Source: an uncultured delta proteobacterium
GTDB taxonomy: Bacteria > Desulfobacterota > Binatia > Binatales > Binataceae
Assembly: GCA_963842215.1 (NCBI GenBank)
Contig: CAWJFQ010000010.1
Span: forward strand, 581,350 to 645,349
Reading direction: 5' to 3'
DNA length: 64,000 nucleotides
Shown here piece by piece: positions 11,104-20,285 of this stretch. Both the position numbers and the translations under genes were made by a program. Numbering within the stretch: position 1 is the stretch's first letter; every line of letters starts with the position of its first letter. The notes under the pieces were generated by a model that did no database searches, had not been told where the DNA came from, and worked only from the letters and a program-made list of their open reading frames with translations.

Positions 11104-11574
11104 CTATGCCTTTTCGTTCTCGAATGCCATTCGCGGACCCTGCGCGCACCACGAAAAGTGGCAATGCCACATCTTCCAGACTGGCTTTCCCGCATCGTCC
11201 TCGCGCAGGTAAACCTCGGTACTGCGGAACTTGCCGCTGCCCGGCAGTGGCTTGCCGTCCGCAAGCGTAATGGTGAAGTCGGCACTGGATGAGAGCCATC
11301 CCATGTCGCCGCGGACGCGCACGCGCAGGTCCTCATCCTCGCCGAGCTTAGCTTGCGCTTTCGATTTACCCAGGAATTCCCAGAGGGTCGCCCACTCTTC
11401 GATCCCGTCGTAGGCGAAGCCGTTGAGGTTCCAGCCGAAGAACTTGTCGCCGCCTACGAATGCTTCCCGCATCATCGGAATGCTGCCCGTGCGATTGGCC
11501 TTGACCCAAAGATTGTGCAGCCGCACGATCTCGTCGATATCGTTCTGCGGGCCTTCGCCGCGAATTTTTGCCAT
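11104..11574 (-). CDS. NTF2/SnoaL-like protein
   Basis: 156 aa; VRVRGDMGW, FRSTEVYLRE...WKMWHCHFS; GGAGG SD. Confidence 0.75.
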   Translation of the reverse strand: MAKIRGEGPQNDIDEIVRLHNLWVKANRTGSIPMMREAFVGGDKFFGWNLNGFAYDGIEEWATLWEFLGKSKAQAKLGEDEDLRVRVRGDMGWLSSSADFTITLADGKPLPGSGKFRSTEVYLREDDAGKPVWKMWHCHFSWCAQGPRMAFENEKA

Positions 11575-11697
11575 TGCAATTCCTCCGTTGAGCGGGTTGC
11601 TACGCGAGTAGCTATACCTCACTTCGCACCGAACATTCACGCTTGGCGAATCTTCAGAGTTCAGGCTAAGTTGGCGGCGAGACAGGAGGCTTGCGCC

Positions 11698-12555
11698 ATG
11701 AACCAGTTCAAAGTCGGTGACGTCAAAATCACTCGCATCATCGAGAGCGAGGCGCCGTGGCCCGGGACCTTCATCATGCCCGACGCCATTCCCGAAAACG
11801 TCAAGAAAGAAGCAGACTGGCTCTATCCCATCTTCTCCGATGAGAAAGGCAAACTTCGGATGAGTATCCATGCGCTGGTACTCGAGTCTCAGGGCAAGCG
11901 CATCATCGTCGACACCTGCATCGGCAACGAGAAGGTTCGCTCGAATCCGGCGTGGAGCAACTTGAAGCTGCCATTCCTGAGCGATCTCGAGAAGGCGGGT
12001 CACACGCGCGAGCAGATCGATCGCGTCGTGTGCACGCATCTACACGTCGATCACGTCGGCTGGAACACGATGCTGAAAGACGACAAGTGGGTGCCGACGT
12101 TCCCCAACGCGCGCTATCTGCTCGGCGGCACCGAATGGGAGTACTGGTCGCGGTTCGAGGGCAAGGATATGCGCGACCCGGTCGAGGACTCGGTGCGTCC
12201 GGTGGTCGAATTGGGGATGGCCGACCTGGTCGAGTCCACCTTTCGCGTGACCGACGAAGTTTGGCTCGAGCCTACGCCCGGACATACGCCGGGACATCAC
12301 AGCGTGCGGATTTCATCGAAGGGGCAAGAGGCGGTGATCACCGGCGACCTGATGCATCATCCGATTCAATGCAAATTTCCCGAATGGGACGATGGCTTCG
12401 ATTCCGATGGCCCGCAGGCGAAAAAGACGCGGCGCGCATTCTGCGAGAAATACGCCGACAGCAACGTGGTCGTATTCGGGACGCATTTCGCGACGCCATC
12501 GGCGGGAAAGATCTCGAAGAACGGCGACTCGTTCAGATTTGCCGCGGTCAAATGA
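11698..12555 (+). CDS. MBL-fold metallo-hydrolase
   Basis: THLHVDHVG, PGHTPGH and GDLMH motifs; AGGAGG SD. Confidence 0.9.
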   Translation: MNQFKVGDVKITRIIESEAPWPGTFIMPDAIPENVKKEADWLYPIFSDEKGKLRMSIHALVLESQGKRIIVDTCIGNEKVRSNPAWSNLKLPFLSDLEKAGHTREQIDRVVCTHLHVDHVGWNTMLKDDKWVPTFPNARYLLGGTEWEYWSRFEGKDMRDPVEDSVRPVVELGMADLVESTFRVTDEVWLEPTPGHTPGHHSVRISSKGQEAVITGDLMHHPIQCKFPEWDDGFDSDGPQAKKTRRAFCEKYADSNVVVFGTHFATPSAGKISKNGDSFRFAAVK

Positions 12556-12565
12556 CGGTCGCGTG

Positions 12566-13216
12566 ATGGGCGACGTCGCGCTTTCGTTCGACAACGGCCC
12601 CGACCCCGCCGTGACGCCGGGAGTGCTCGACGTGCTCGCGCGGCGCGGCGTTAAGGCATCGTTCTTCGTACTCGGCAAGAATCTCGCGTCAGCAGAGCGG
12701 ATGAAGCTGGCGCAGCGAGCGGCGGCCGAGGGGCATCGAATCGGCAATCATTCGTTCACCCATCGCATACCGCTCGGCGACGATCCTGCTAAGGACGCGG
12801 TCGACTCGGAAATCGCGAAGACCGAGCAGTTGATCGGTCCGCTCGCAGAGAATCCCAAACTGTTTCGTCCGTTCGGCGGCGGCGGCAAAATCGGACCGCA
12901 CCTGCTGAGCCGCGCCGCGGTTGATCACCTTACCGCCAATCACTACACCTGCGTGCTGTGGAATTGCGTGCCCGAGGATTGGATCGATCAGGACGCGTGG
13001 GTTGAGCGCGCGCTTCGCGATGCTTCGACGCTACCGCATACTCTGGTCGTGATGCACGATATTCTGCCGCGCGCGATGAGCCATCTCGAGCGTTTCATCG
13101 GTGCGCTCGCGGACGCGGGACATCGCATCACGCGGGAGTTTCCTGCCGAGTGCGTGCCGATTGAACGCGGCGAGATTGTCCGCGACATCTCGGGCTTCGT
13201 ATCTTCCAGCAGCTAG
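12566..13216 (+). CDS. Polysaccharide deacetylase (NodB/CE4 family)
   Basis: LSFDNGP, GNHSFTH, FRPFGG and VVMHD motifs. Confidence 0.85.
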   Translation: MGDVALSFDNGPDPAVTPGVLDVLARRGVKASFFVLGKNLASAERMKLAQRAAAEGHRIGNHSFTHRIPLGDDPAKDAVDSEIAKTEQLIGPLAENPKLFRPFGGGGKIGPHLLSRAAVDHLTANHYTCVLWNCVPEDWIDQDAWVERALRDASTLPHTLVVMHDILPRAMSHLERFIGALADAGHRITREFPAECVPIERGEIVRDISGFVSSSS

Positions 13217-13992
13217 GAAATCTCGCTCGAAAATCGAATCGTCTTTTTCTTCAATCCTGCGAGCACGACCTCGACGCCGCCGCTGCGCAGCATCCATTCG
13301 AGCCGATGGTCCCGGTACTGGCGCGCGAATGCTCCCGACTCGAGAATCTGCGGCAGCGTATCCATCGAGCCTGCGAACTGTGCTGCCGCCTCGATCGTTT
13401 TGCGGACGCTCGGTCGTTCTTCGACGCGCGCGAGCCAAGCAGCCAGGCGCGTTCCCGCCTTCGGCGAATTGCCCCATACGACCGAGCCGCGCACATGCGG
13501 ATATACGCTCAAGTCGCCGTAGCCGAATGACGCGCCGTTGAAATGGTTCGCGGTGCCGAGCTCGCGTTCGAGCCACGCGAAAACGCCAGCGGTCTGCTCG
13601 GAGGCTTTCTTTTCGAGCTGCTTTGCAGGTTCGCCGGTCACGCGCTTCCACGCGCGAACTTCCATCAGGCCCCAATTGATCGCCTCGTAGTATGTGTCGC
13701 AGACGTCTTCGATCATGCGGACGCGCGCGCGCTCGCGCGGCGTCGAAGGCAGCAGGGCGGGTGTCGGCCATTTTTCCTCGATGTAATCGAGGATGATCGT
13801 CGAGTCGAAAATCGCGAAGTCGTCATCCACCAGCGCGGGCACTTCGAGCCGCGGGTTGGTCTTGCCGAAGGCCGTCGGCGCGCCGCTGAACGCGTCGGGA
13901 AGTTCGACCTCGAACGCGACGTTCTTTTCGTAGAACGCGATTTTTACCTTCTGTACGTAGGGAGAGAACGGATGCTCGTAGAGTTTCGGCAT
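13213..13992 (-). CDS. Glutathione S-transferase family protein
   Basis: SPYVQKV, NPRLEVPAL, IFDSTIILDYIEE. Confidence 0.9.
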   Translation of the reverse strand: MPKLYEHPFSPYVQKVKIAFYEKNVAFEVELPDAFSGAPTAFGKTNPRLEVPALVDDDFAIFDSTIILDYIEEKWPTPALLPSTPRERARVRMIEDVCDTYYEAINWGLMEVRAWKRVTGEPAKQLEKKASEQTAGVFAWLERELGTANHFNGASFGYGDLSVYPHVRGSVVWGNSPKAGTRLAAWLARVEERPSVRKTIEAAAQFAGSMDTLPQILESGAFARQYRDHRLEWMLRSGGVEVVLAGLKKKTIRFSSEIS

Positions 13993-14109
13993 GAACAATT
14001 CACCTCGATTCGAAAATAACGGCTGCTGACGATACCGCGATCGGAAATCGTTCACCAGCACGAATCATTTTATCTTTGCCCGCTTGAATTCGTTTGGTAC
14101 GCTCATCGT

Positions 14110-14607
14110 ATGAATACTTATTTCCGCGCGCGCCGTTCAATCGTTTCAATGACTATCGGAGTGATTTTTTTGTCTGTTACTGCGCCTGCGTTTGCCTTTG
14201 ACATCGGATCGCTTCTCAACAACAAGCCAAAAGAGCCGGACAAGTTTGCGATCATCCGCGTCGACAAGCTCGCTTCGCTGATGGCTGATCCGAACTCGCA
14301 CATCAACATCTACGATGCGAACGGATGGGGCCTGCGTTCGACCGCCGGCGTGATTCCAGGCGCGCATCTGCTCACCAGCGACGACAAGTATGACGTTGCG
14401 ACGGAGTTGCCGCCCGCCAAAAACGCCAAGCTCATTTTCTATTGCGCCGACCTGCATTGAACCGCGTCGCATGAAGCCGCCCGGCGGGCGGAAGCAGCGG
14501 GCTATACAGACGTAAGCGTGATGAGCGACGGCATCCAGGGATGGAAGCAAGCCGGTAAGCCGGTGGATTATCCAAAGAAGACCGACAGCGATAGCAAAGA
14601 CGACTGA
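14110..14607 (+). CDS. Secreted rhodanese-like protein, probable selenoprotein (UGA at 14458-14460)
   Basis: IYDAN...GVIPGA...LIFYCADLH-UGA-TASHEAARRAEAAGYTDVSVMSDGIQGWKQAGKPV; the rhodanese C-terminal motif lies in frame after the UGA. Confidence 0.8.
14461..14500 (+). promoter_or_regulatory. Candidate bacterial SECIS hairpin
   Basis: CCGCCC(14477-82)-GGC-GGGCGG(14486-91) upper stem with a G-containing loop; lower stem CCGC(14462-65)/GCGG(14497-500); directly 3' of the UGA. Confidence 0.6.
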
Positions 14608-14634
14608 GCTCTTGCTCGCGCGCGCCGGCGAGCG

Positions 14635-16453
14635 ATGACATATATTGTCGGCGTGCAACGCGACAATCCAACTCCAGTTCCGCAATCGGCGGCGGCAATC
14701 CGCGAGCTGACTCCGCGTAGCATCGCGCTTGGCATCGCGCTCGCGCTGATTCTGGGCGCGGCGAACGCCTACCTCGGTCTTTACGCGGGCTTGACCGTGT
14801 CCGCGAGCATTCCGGCCGCCGTCATCTCGATGGCCATTCTGCGGATTCTTGGCGGCTCGACCATACTCGAGAACAACGTTGTGCAGACGATCGCGTCGGC
14901 AGGCGAGGCGGTCGCCGCCGGCGCCATCTTCACGTTTCCGGCGCTGGTCATCCTTGGCGGCGTCAGAACTCTGCCGTACGTGGAAGTGACTGCGCTATGC
15001 GTCGTGGGCGCGACGATGGGCGCATTGCTGGTGGTCTTTTTGCGCCGCGCTTACATCGTCGAGGAGCGCCTGCCGTTTCCCGAAGGTCTCGCGTGCGCGC
15101 AAGTGCTTCGCGCCGGCGACGCAAAGGCAAATGTTCGCCCGCTTGTAATCGGCGGTCTGATCTCGGCGGCTCTGAAAGCGCTTCAGGACATGGCAGGAGT
15201 CATTCCCGGCGCTGTAACGGGCGCACGATGGGTCGGCAGTGCGGCGGTGGCCGGGTCGCTGGATATTTCAGCGGCGCTGCTCGGCGTCGGCTACATAATC
15301 GGGATCAGAATTGCGGCGCTGGTATTCGCCGGCGGCGCATTCGCGTGGCTGGTCGCGATTCCCATGCTCACCGCGTTTCATGGGGGCAGCGGAACGGGCG
15401 ATGCCGCGACGACTGCGTCGCAACTGTGGAGCGGCCAGGTGCGCTATCTCGGCGTTGGCGCGATGCTGACGGGCGGAGTGGTAACGCTGTGGAAATTGCG
15501 CGGACGAATGGCATCGGCGATCGCTGACAGCATCCGAATCGTGCGCTCGACTCAGGCCGCCGTCGCGACCGCGCGCGAGGATACCGATCTTTCGGCGCGC
15601 GCGGTGCTGACTGCGGTGGCGCTTTGCATGCCGGTTACTTTCGCCATCTGCCTTGGACTCAGCGGACAGGTGGCGCTCAGCGCGGCACTCGCACTCTTGT
15701 TGACGCTGATCTGTTTTTTCGCGACTGCGATCGCAGGCTACCTGACCGGAATCGTCGGCGCGTCGAACAATCCGGTTTCGGGCGTGACTGTGATCGTATT
15801 GCTGGCGGTGGCCCTGTTTTTGAAACTGGTCGGCGTGTCACAAAGTGTCGGGCCGCAGCTGGCGATTCTTTCCGGTGCGATCGTGTGCACAGCGGCTGCG
15901 ATGGCTGGTGATTCTACCCACGACCTGGCGACCGGCTTTCACGTTGGCGCGACGCCGCGCTCGCTCGAAATCGGAGTGCTGGTCGGCGCGATCGCGTCGT
16001 CGTTCCTGATGGCGCCGATTCTAAATTTGCTGATCGCCGGCTATGGAATCGCAGGTACTCCGACCGCGCGGGCCGGCGCATTGGCCGCTCCGCAGGCGTT
16101 CTTGATGGCAAAGGTGACGCAGGGAGTTTTTCATGGCGGCTTGCCGTTGGGGACGATCGCGGCAGGCGCAGTGCTTGCGGCGATACTCGGTTTCAGCTGA
16201 TCGCCATTTGGAACGGAAGGGATCGACGTGGCGCACGCCCATAATGCCGGCCGCGATCGGACTCTATCTGCCGTTCGGACTCAGCGTTGCGATTTTTATT
16301 GGCGCACTGGCACATTCAGTTTTTGGATCCGAGGACGCAGGCGAAAGCGGGCCCGGGATTCTGTTCGCGGCCGGGCTGGTGGCAGGTGAGGCGCTAATGG
16401 GAGTTGCGAGCGGCGCGATGGTCACGGCAGGGATCAAGCTGCCGATTTTCTGA
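14635..16453 (+). CDS. OPT family oligopeptide/metal-chelate transporter (one frameshift near 16190)
   Basis: ANAYLGLYAGLTVSASIPAAV, ENNVVQTIASAG, LPFPEG, NNPVSG, LAAPQA; C-terminus (PAAIGLYLP...GLVAGEAL) is in the next frame. Confidence 0.88.
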
Positions 16454-16465
16454 GAGGGGATACAC

Positions 16466-17093
16466 ATGCGATCGCGATCAAGTTCTGTACTAAAGATTCC
16501 GTCGATGTGCGCGATCGCACTGATGTGCTTCGCCGGGAGCGCGCAGGCGCAAATGCCGGTCAGTCCTTTGTCGGTCACTGGCACCAGGATAATTCGGTTC
16601 GTGCCGCCGATTCCGAGCGGTAACGCGCAGGAAGGTTCGTGTTGGACGGAGTCGATCGCGGCGCCTCGAGCCGGTGCCTGGCGATGCTCAGTTGGCAACG
16701 CGATCAGCGATCCATGTTTCGAGGTGCCGCCTAATCGCGATCAACTCGTGTGCGGCGCCGACCCGGCTCTGAAGAGCCGACGGTTTCGTCCTGAAGCTGA
16801 CCAAGCCGCTGCCCAAATCCACGCTGCCCGTCAATCGCAAAGCGGAGCCCTGGATCTTTCAGTTGTCGGACGGCTCGATCTGCGAGGCCATGACGGGCAC
16901 ACTGTCGCCGGTTAACGGCGAGCCGGCGCGATGGTCATGCGCGATCCACAATCGCGACCAGGTCAGGCCGCGAGGACTGGTCACGGCGCTCCGGCCGGGG
17001 AGAATCTGGATGGCCGACAAGTTTCCCGACAGCGCGATCGGTACTCAAGGCGCGAAGCCGGAAAAAGTTCCGGTGCGAATGATATGGGAGTGA
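16466..17093 (+). CDS. Secreted Cys-rich hypothetical protein (frameshift near 16780)
   Basis: Signal peptide (SAQA-Q), CW...WRC...DPCF...C, continuing in another frame as GFVLKLTKPLP...LSDGSICEAMTG...WSC. Confidence 0.6.
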
Positions 17094-17100
17094 GTGTGCG

Positions 17101-17601
17101 CTATTTGCGCATCGTGCGCAGCTGCTTGTGAGTCAGCATCCAGCGCAGTTCGCCGCCGCCACGTTCGAAGCGGGTAGGCAAGTCGATCGCGATGCATCCG
17201 CCGGTTTTCAATTTCAGATGAGCGACGTCGCCCGTGCCGGTCAGCACGATCGACGCTATGGCGCTGAGCTGGGGCTCGTGGCCGACGATCATCAGGTTGT
17301 CGTGCTTTGAAAATGCACGCAGCGCCGCCACCGCATCGGTGGCTGTCACGCCGGTCGCGAGTGCCGGCAAGACTTGCGGCGGCGGTGTATTTTCGTAGGC
17401 CGCCGATACGATCTCGGCGGTTTCGGCCGCGCGAACGAGTGGGCTGGTGAGGATGGCATCGAACTTCAGACCCATCGCCCGCAGCCCCGCGGCAGCTCCA
17501 CGCATTTTTTCCTTTGAGCGGTCGGTGAGTTTGCGCGCGCCGTCGTCGCCGCTCGAGGCGGCCTCTTCGGCGGTCGCGTGACGCAGAATATAGAGCATCA
17601 T
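17101..17601 (-). CDS. sixA: Phosphohistidine phosphatase SixA
   Basis: LYILRHA, ILTSPLVRAAETA, IVGHEP. Confidence 0.9.
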   Translation of the reverse strand: MMLYILRHATAEEAASSGDDGARKLTDRSKEKMRGAAAGLRAMGLKFDAILTSPLVRAAETAEIVSAAYENTPPPQVLPALATGVTATDAVAALRAFSKHDNLMIVGHEPQLSAIASIVLTGTGDVAHLKLKTGGCIAIDLPTRFERGGGELRWMLTHKQLRTMRK

Positions 17602-18689
17602 GGGGTTGCTTCCGTGACCGATTGCAGATTCATCGAGTGGTGATTGGAGTGCGTAGGTTCTTCGGACTCGCCGCGTGGAATTTGCGATTTGTCGGGCGGA
17701 TCGGATTCGAGCGGGTCGGCATCAGGTGCGGGCGAGCTTATGGGCTTCAGCGCCAATCTGCCGGCGCGTCGAATCTCCTCGAGCGTGTCGCGCATCGCGT
17801 CGGAGCGCTCGAAGCGTCGCCACGCTCGCATGCATTGCCGGCGGAGTTTACTCTCACGGCGCCCCAGCGACTGGATTAACGCGCCTGCGGCGAGCACAGT
17901 CCTGGGCGGCGCGCCGGGCGTCTCGGCATAGGACAAAAGCCAAGCCGAGGCGACGGTCGTGTCGTGATAGAGCCCCAGCAATTCCTGCAATTCCTCGAGT
18001 CGCGCGATGGTCTTCTTTTGACGCTTGGCGCCGAGCGGCGCAATCATCTCGAGTTCATAACGCAGCCGCTTGATACGAACTCGGAGCTTGTGAAACACGG
18101 GTGCGGGCGCGTCACCGGCAAGCTTTTCGCCAAGACGCGCAGCGCCTCGGGTGGCAGGCCGGACCAATTGTGCGGCTACAACGCCGAGCCTGCGATCGGC
18201 GCCGAGTTTCTTGAAAGCCGGCCGCGACAGTTTCGCAAGCAGGTTGCGATAACGCTTCGACGCGAGAAGCTCGTACAGCTTTGCGTGCTCTGCCTTGCGA
18301 CGCTGGTCGAGCGCCGCAATCATCGGCGCGATCGCGGCGTTGAGATCAGGGTCGATTTTGGCGGCGCGTGCGGTAATCAGTGCCGAGGTTACGTCGCATT
18401 CGCGACAGGCCCCGGCCTGATGAGCAATCCAAGGAATGTCGCGCCGGTAGAACTTGATCTGCGAGGCGTAGATGACGCTGGAAAACAATTCGATCGATGC
18501 GCGCAGGCGCCGGGTCGCGACGCGAAGTTGATGCAGGGCCTCGGCGTCACCGGATTCGGCCGCGTTCTGATGCCGCACCAGAGCATCGACTCCGAACGCA
18601 ATCGCCTTGCGCGCGGCGTCGGCAACGGTTTCCCCTGGAGAAAGCGTAACCCTGCGCGGCGGCGCATCTGCGCGCGACTCATCCATCAC
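17598..18689 (-). CDS. CHAD domain protein (polyP-binding)
   Basis: LHQLRVATRRLRA, FHKLRVRIKRLRY, LQELLGLYHD. Confidence 0.92.
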   Translation of the reverse strand: MMDESRADAPPRRVTLSPGETVADAARKAIAFGVDALVRHQNAAESGDAEALHQLRVATRRLRASIELFSSVIYASQIKFYRRDIPWIAHQAGACRECDVTSALITARAAKIDPDLNAAIAPMIAALDQRRKAEHAKLYELLASKRYRNLLAKLSRPAFKKLGADRRLGVVAAQLVRPATRGAARLGEKLAGDAPAPVFHKLRVRIKRLRYELEMIAPLGAKRQKKTIARLEELQELLGLYHDTTVASAWLLSYAETPGAPPRTVLAAGALIQSLGRRESKLRRQCMRAWRRFERSDAMRDTLEEIRRAGRLALKPISSPAPDADPLESDPPDKSQIPRGESEEPTHSNHHSMNLQSVTEATP

Positions 18690-18694
18690 CCGTA

Positions 18695-19450
18695 TTATTC
18701 CTTGCGCGATACGCCGTTGTCGGCAGACTCGGGTCGCGACCTGCCGTTGGCGCCGGACAGGTATTCGGCGATGTGTTTTCGAAGCTCGCCCTGGACTTCC
18801 TCCATCGGCAAGCGCGCATCGACGGAGACGAAGCCGAATTCGCTGGACAGGCGGCGGTACTCATCTATAAGGCGGCTCTGGTAGCGCTCGAATGAATCGA
18901 ACAGATCGGTGCCGAGCGCGAGATGCATCCCTGATTCCCAATAGTCCATTCCTTTGCCCATAATGACGCGCGGGATCAGTGACTCGACATCGATATCTAG
19001 ATAGAGCACGAGGTCGGGCACCAGCGCCATGCCGAACACCTCGCGGGTCCAGTCGGGGTCGGCGCCCATCACGGAGTTGCGCGCGAACGCGGTGTACATA
19101 TAGCGATCGGCGATTACGATGAAGCCGGCCTGCAAAGCCGGCAGGATTTCATGCTCGAGACGATCGGCAAAATCCGCTGCGTAGAGCAGCGAGAAGGTGG
19201 TGACGGTGAGCTGATGGCCGGCCTTGGCCTCGTTGATGGTTTCGGAGAGCAACGGGGAGCGGGTCCATCCGGTGTTGCTGACGGCATAGCCTTCGAGCTC
19301 GAGCCACGGCCGGAGCAACTCGATCTGCGCGGAACGGCCGACGCCGTCGGTGCCTTCGATCGCGATCAAGTGTCCGGGCAGTCGCTTTTTCGCGACGTAC
19401 GGCAGGCCGTTGCCGTACCAGGACTTAGCGCGGCTGCGATGTGGTGCCAT
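18695..19450 (-). CDS. Thymidylate-kinase-fold protein 2 (degenerate P-loop)
   Basis: IAIEGTDGVGRSAQ, IADRYMYTAFAR, PDLVLYLD; alternative start at 19486. Confidence 0.85.
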   Translation of the reverse strand: MAPHRSRAKSWYGNGLPYVAKKRLPGHLIAIEGTDGVGRSAQIELLRPWLELEGYAVSNTGWTRSPLLSETINEAKAGHQLTVTTFSLLYAADFADRLEHEILPALQAGFIVIADRYMYTAFARNSVMGADPDWTREVFGMALVPDLVLYLDIDVESLIPRVIMGKGMDYWESGMHLALGTDLFDSFERYQSRLIDEYRRLSSEFGFVSVDARLPMEEVQGELRKHIAEYLSGANGRSRPESADNGVSRKE

Positions 19451-20285
19451 TTTTTCCGTTCGCTCGGTCGCGATCGTAGTCGGCAAGAATTTCCTGGACC
19501 ATCGTGCGAACGACTCTCTGTTGATTGGGAATCTCGGCGGTCGCGTCGATAGGACGCATCCCGAACTCGCCGGTCAATTGATCGTAGATTTCGAGCACGC
19601 GGCTTTGGAACATCCGGAAACTCTCGACGGGATCAGCCGAGAGACCGACGTCCATGCCGGCCTCGTGGTACTTGAGCTTGGCGCGTCCCGACAGCAGGCG
19701 CTCGAGCGAAACGTCAATCGGCACGCGAAAGTACAGGGTTAAATCGGGACGCAGGGCCGGACTGTAAACCGCGCGGACCCAATCGGGATGCACGCCGCGA
19801 GCGACGTCGCGGGCGAACGCGGTGTAGACGTAACGATCGGCGAGCACGATCATGCCGGCTTTCAGCGGCGGCAGGATCTGATAGGTCAGGCGATCGGCGA
19901 AATCGACTGCGTGCAGCAGTGAGAAGGTGGTTGGGGTCAGCAGATTTTTTTTCTTGCCGCGTTGCATCGAGCGCCGCACTAGCCGCGATGAATTCCACTC
20001 GGTGAAATGAACGGGGTAGCCGCGTGACCGCAGCCATCGTTCAAGCAGTAGCAGTTGGGTAGATTTCCCCGATCCGTCGATGCCCTCGACGCAAATCAAA
20101 CGGCCGCGATAGGGATGCGGCGTTTCGAGCAGGGTCTTGGGCGCGGTGCGAGGTTCAAACTTGCTGGCCGAGGAAAGGTGACCGTTGGCCGGGACGGTGG
20201 AAGGTGCCGGCGACTCTAGCGCTGGAGCACCACCTGGCGATCCAGCAGTCTCGATAGCAGGTCGGTCCTTCTCTCGCATGTCCAT
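19425..20285 (-). CDS. Thymidylate-kinase-fold protein 1
   Basis: ICVEGIDGSGKSTQ, LADRYVYTAFAR, PDLTLYF; start uncertain because it overlaps the ppx 3' end. Confidence 0.85.
   Translation of the reverse strand: MDMREKDRPAIETAGSPGGAPALESPAPSTVPANGHLSSASKFEPRTAPKTLLETPHPYRGRLICVEGIDGSGKSTQLLLLERWLRSRGYPVHFTEWNSSRLVRRSMQRGKKKNLLTPTTFSLLHAVDFADRLTYQILPPLKAGMIVLADRYVYTAFARDVARGVHPDWVRAVYSPALRPDLTLYFRVPIDVSLERLLSGRAKLKYHEAGMDVGLSADPVESFRMFQSRVLEIYDQLTGEFGMRPIDATAEIPNQQRVVRTMVQEILADYDRDRANGKNGTTSQPR

Noticed and set aside
16185-16205. Programmed frameshift in the OPT gene
   Set aside because: No slippery heptamer; a single-base indel is simpler, and similar indels occur near 16780 and 44285.
18695-20285. 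Calling the two kinases tmk
   Set aside because: They lack the REP motif, one P-loop is degenerate, and the context is polyP metabolism; no symbol assigned.
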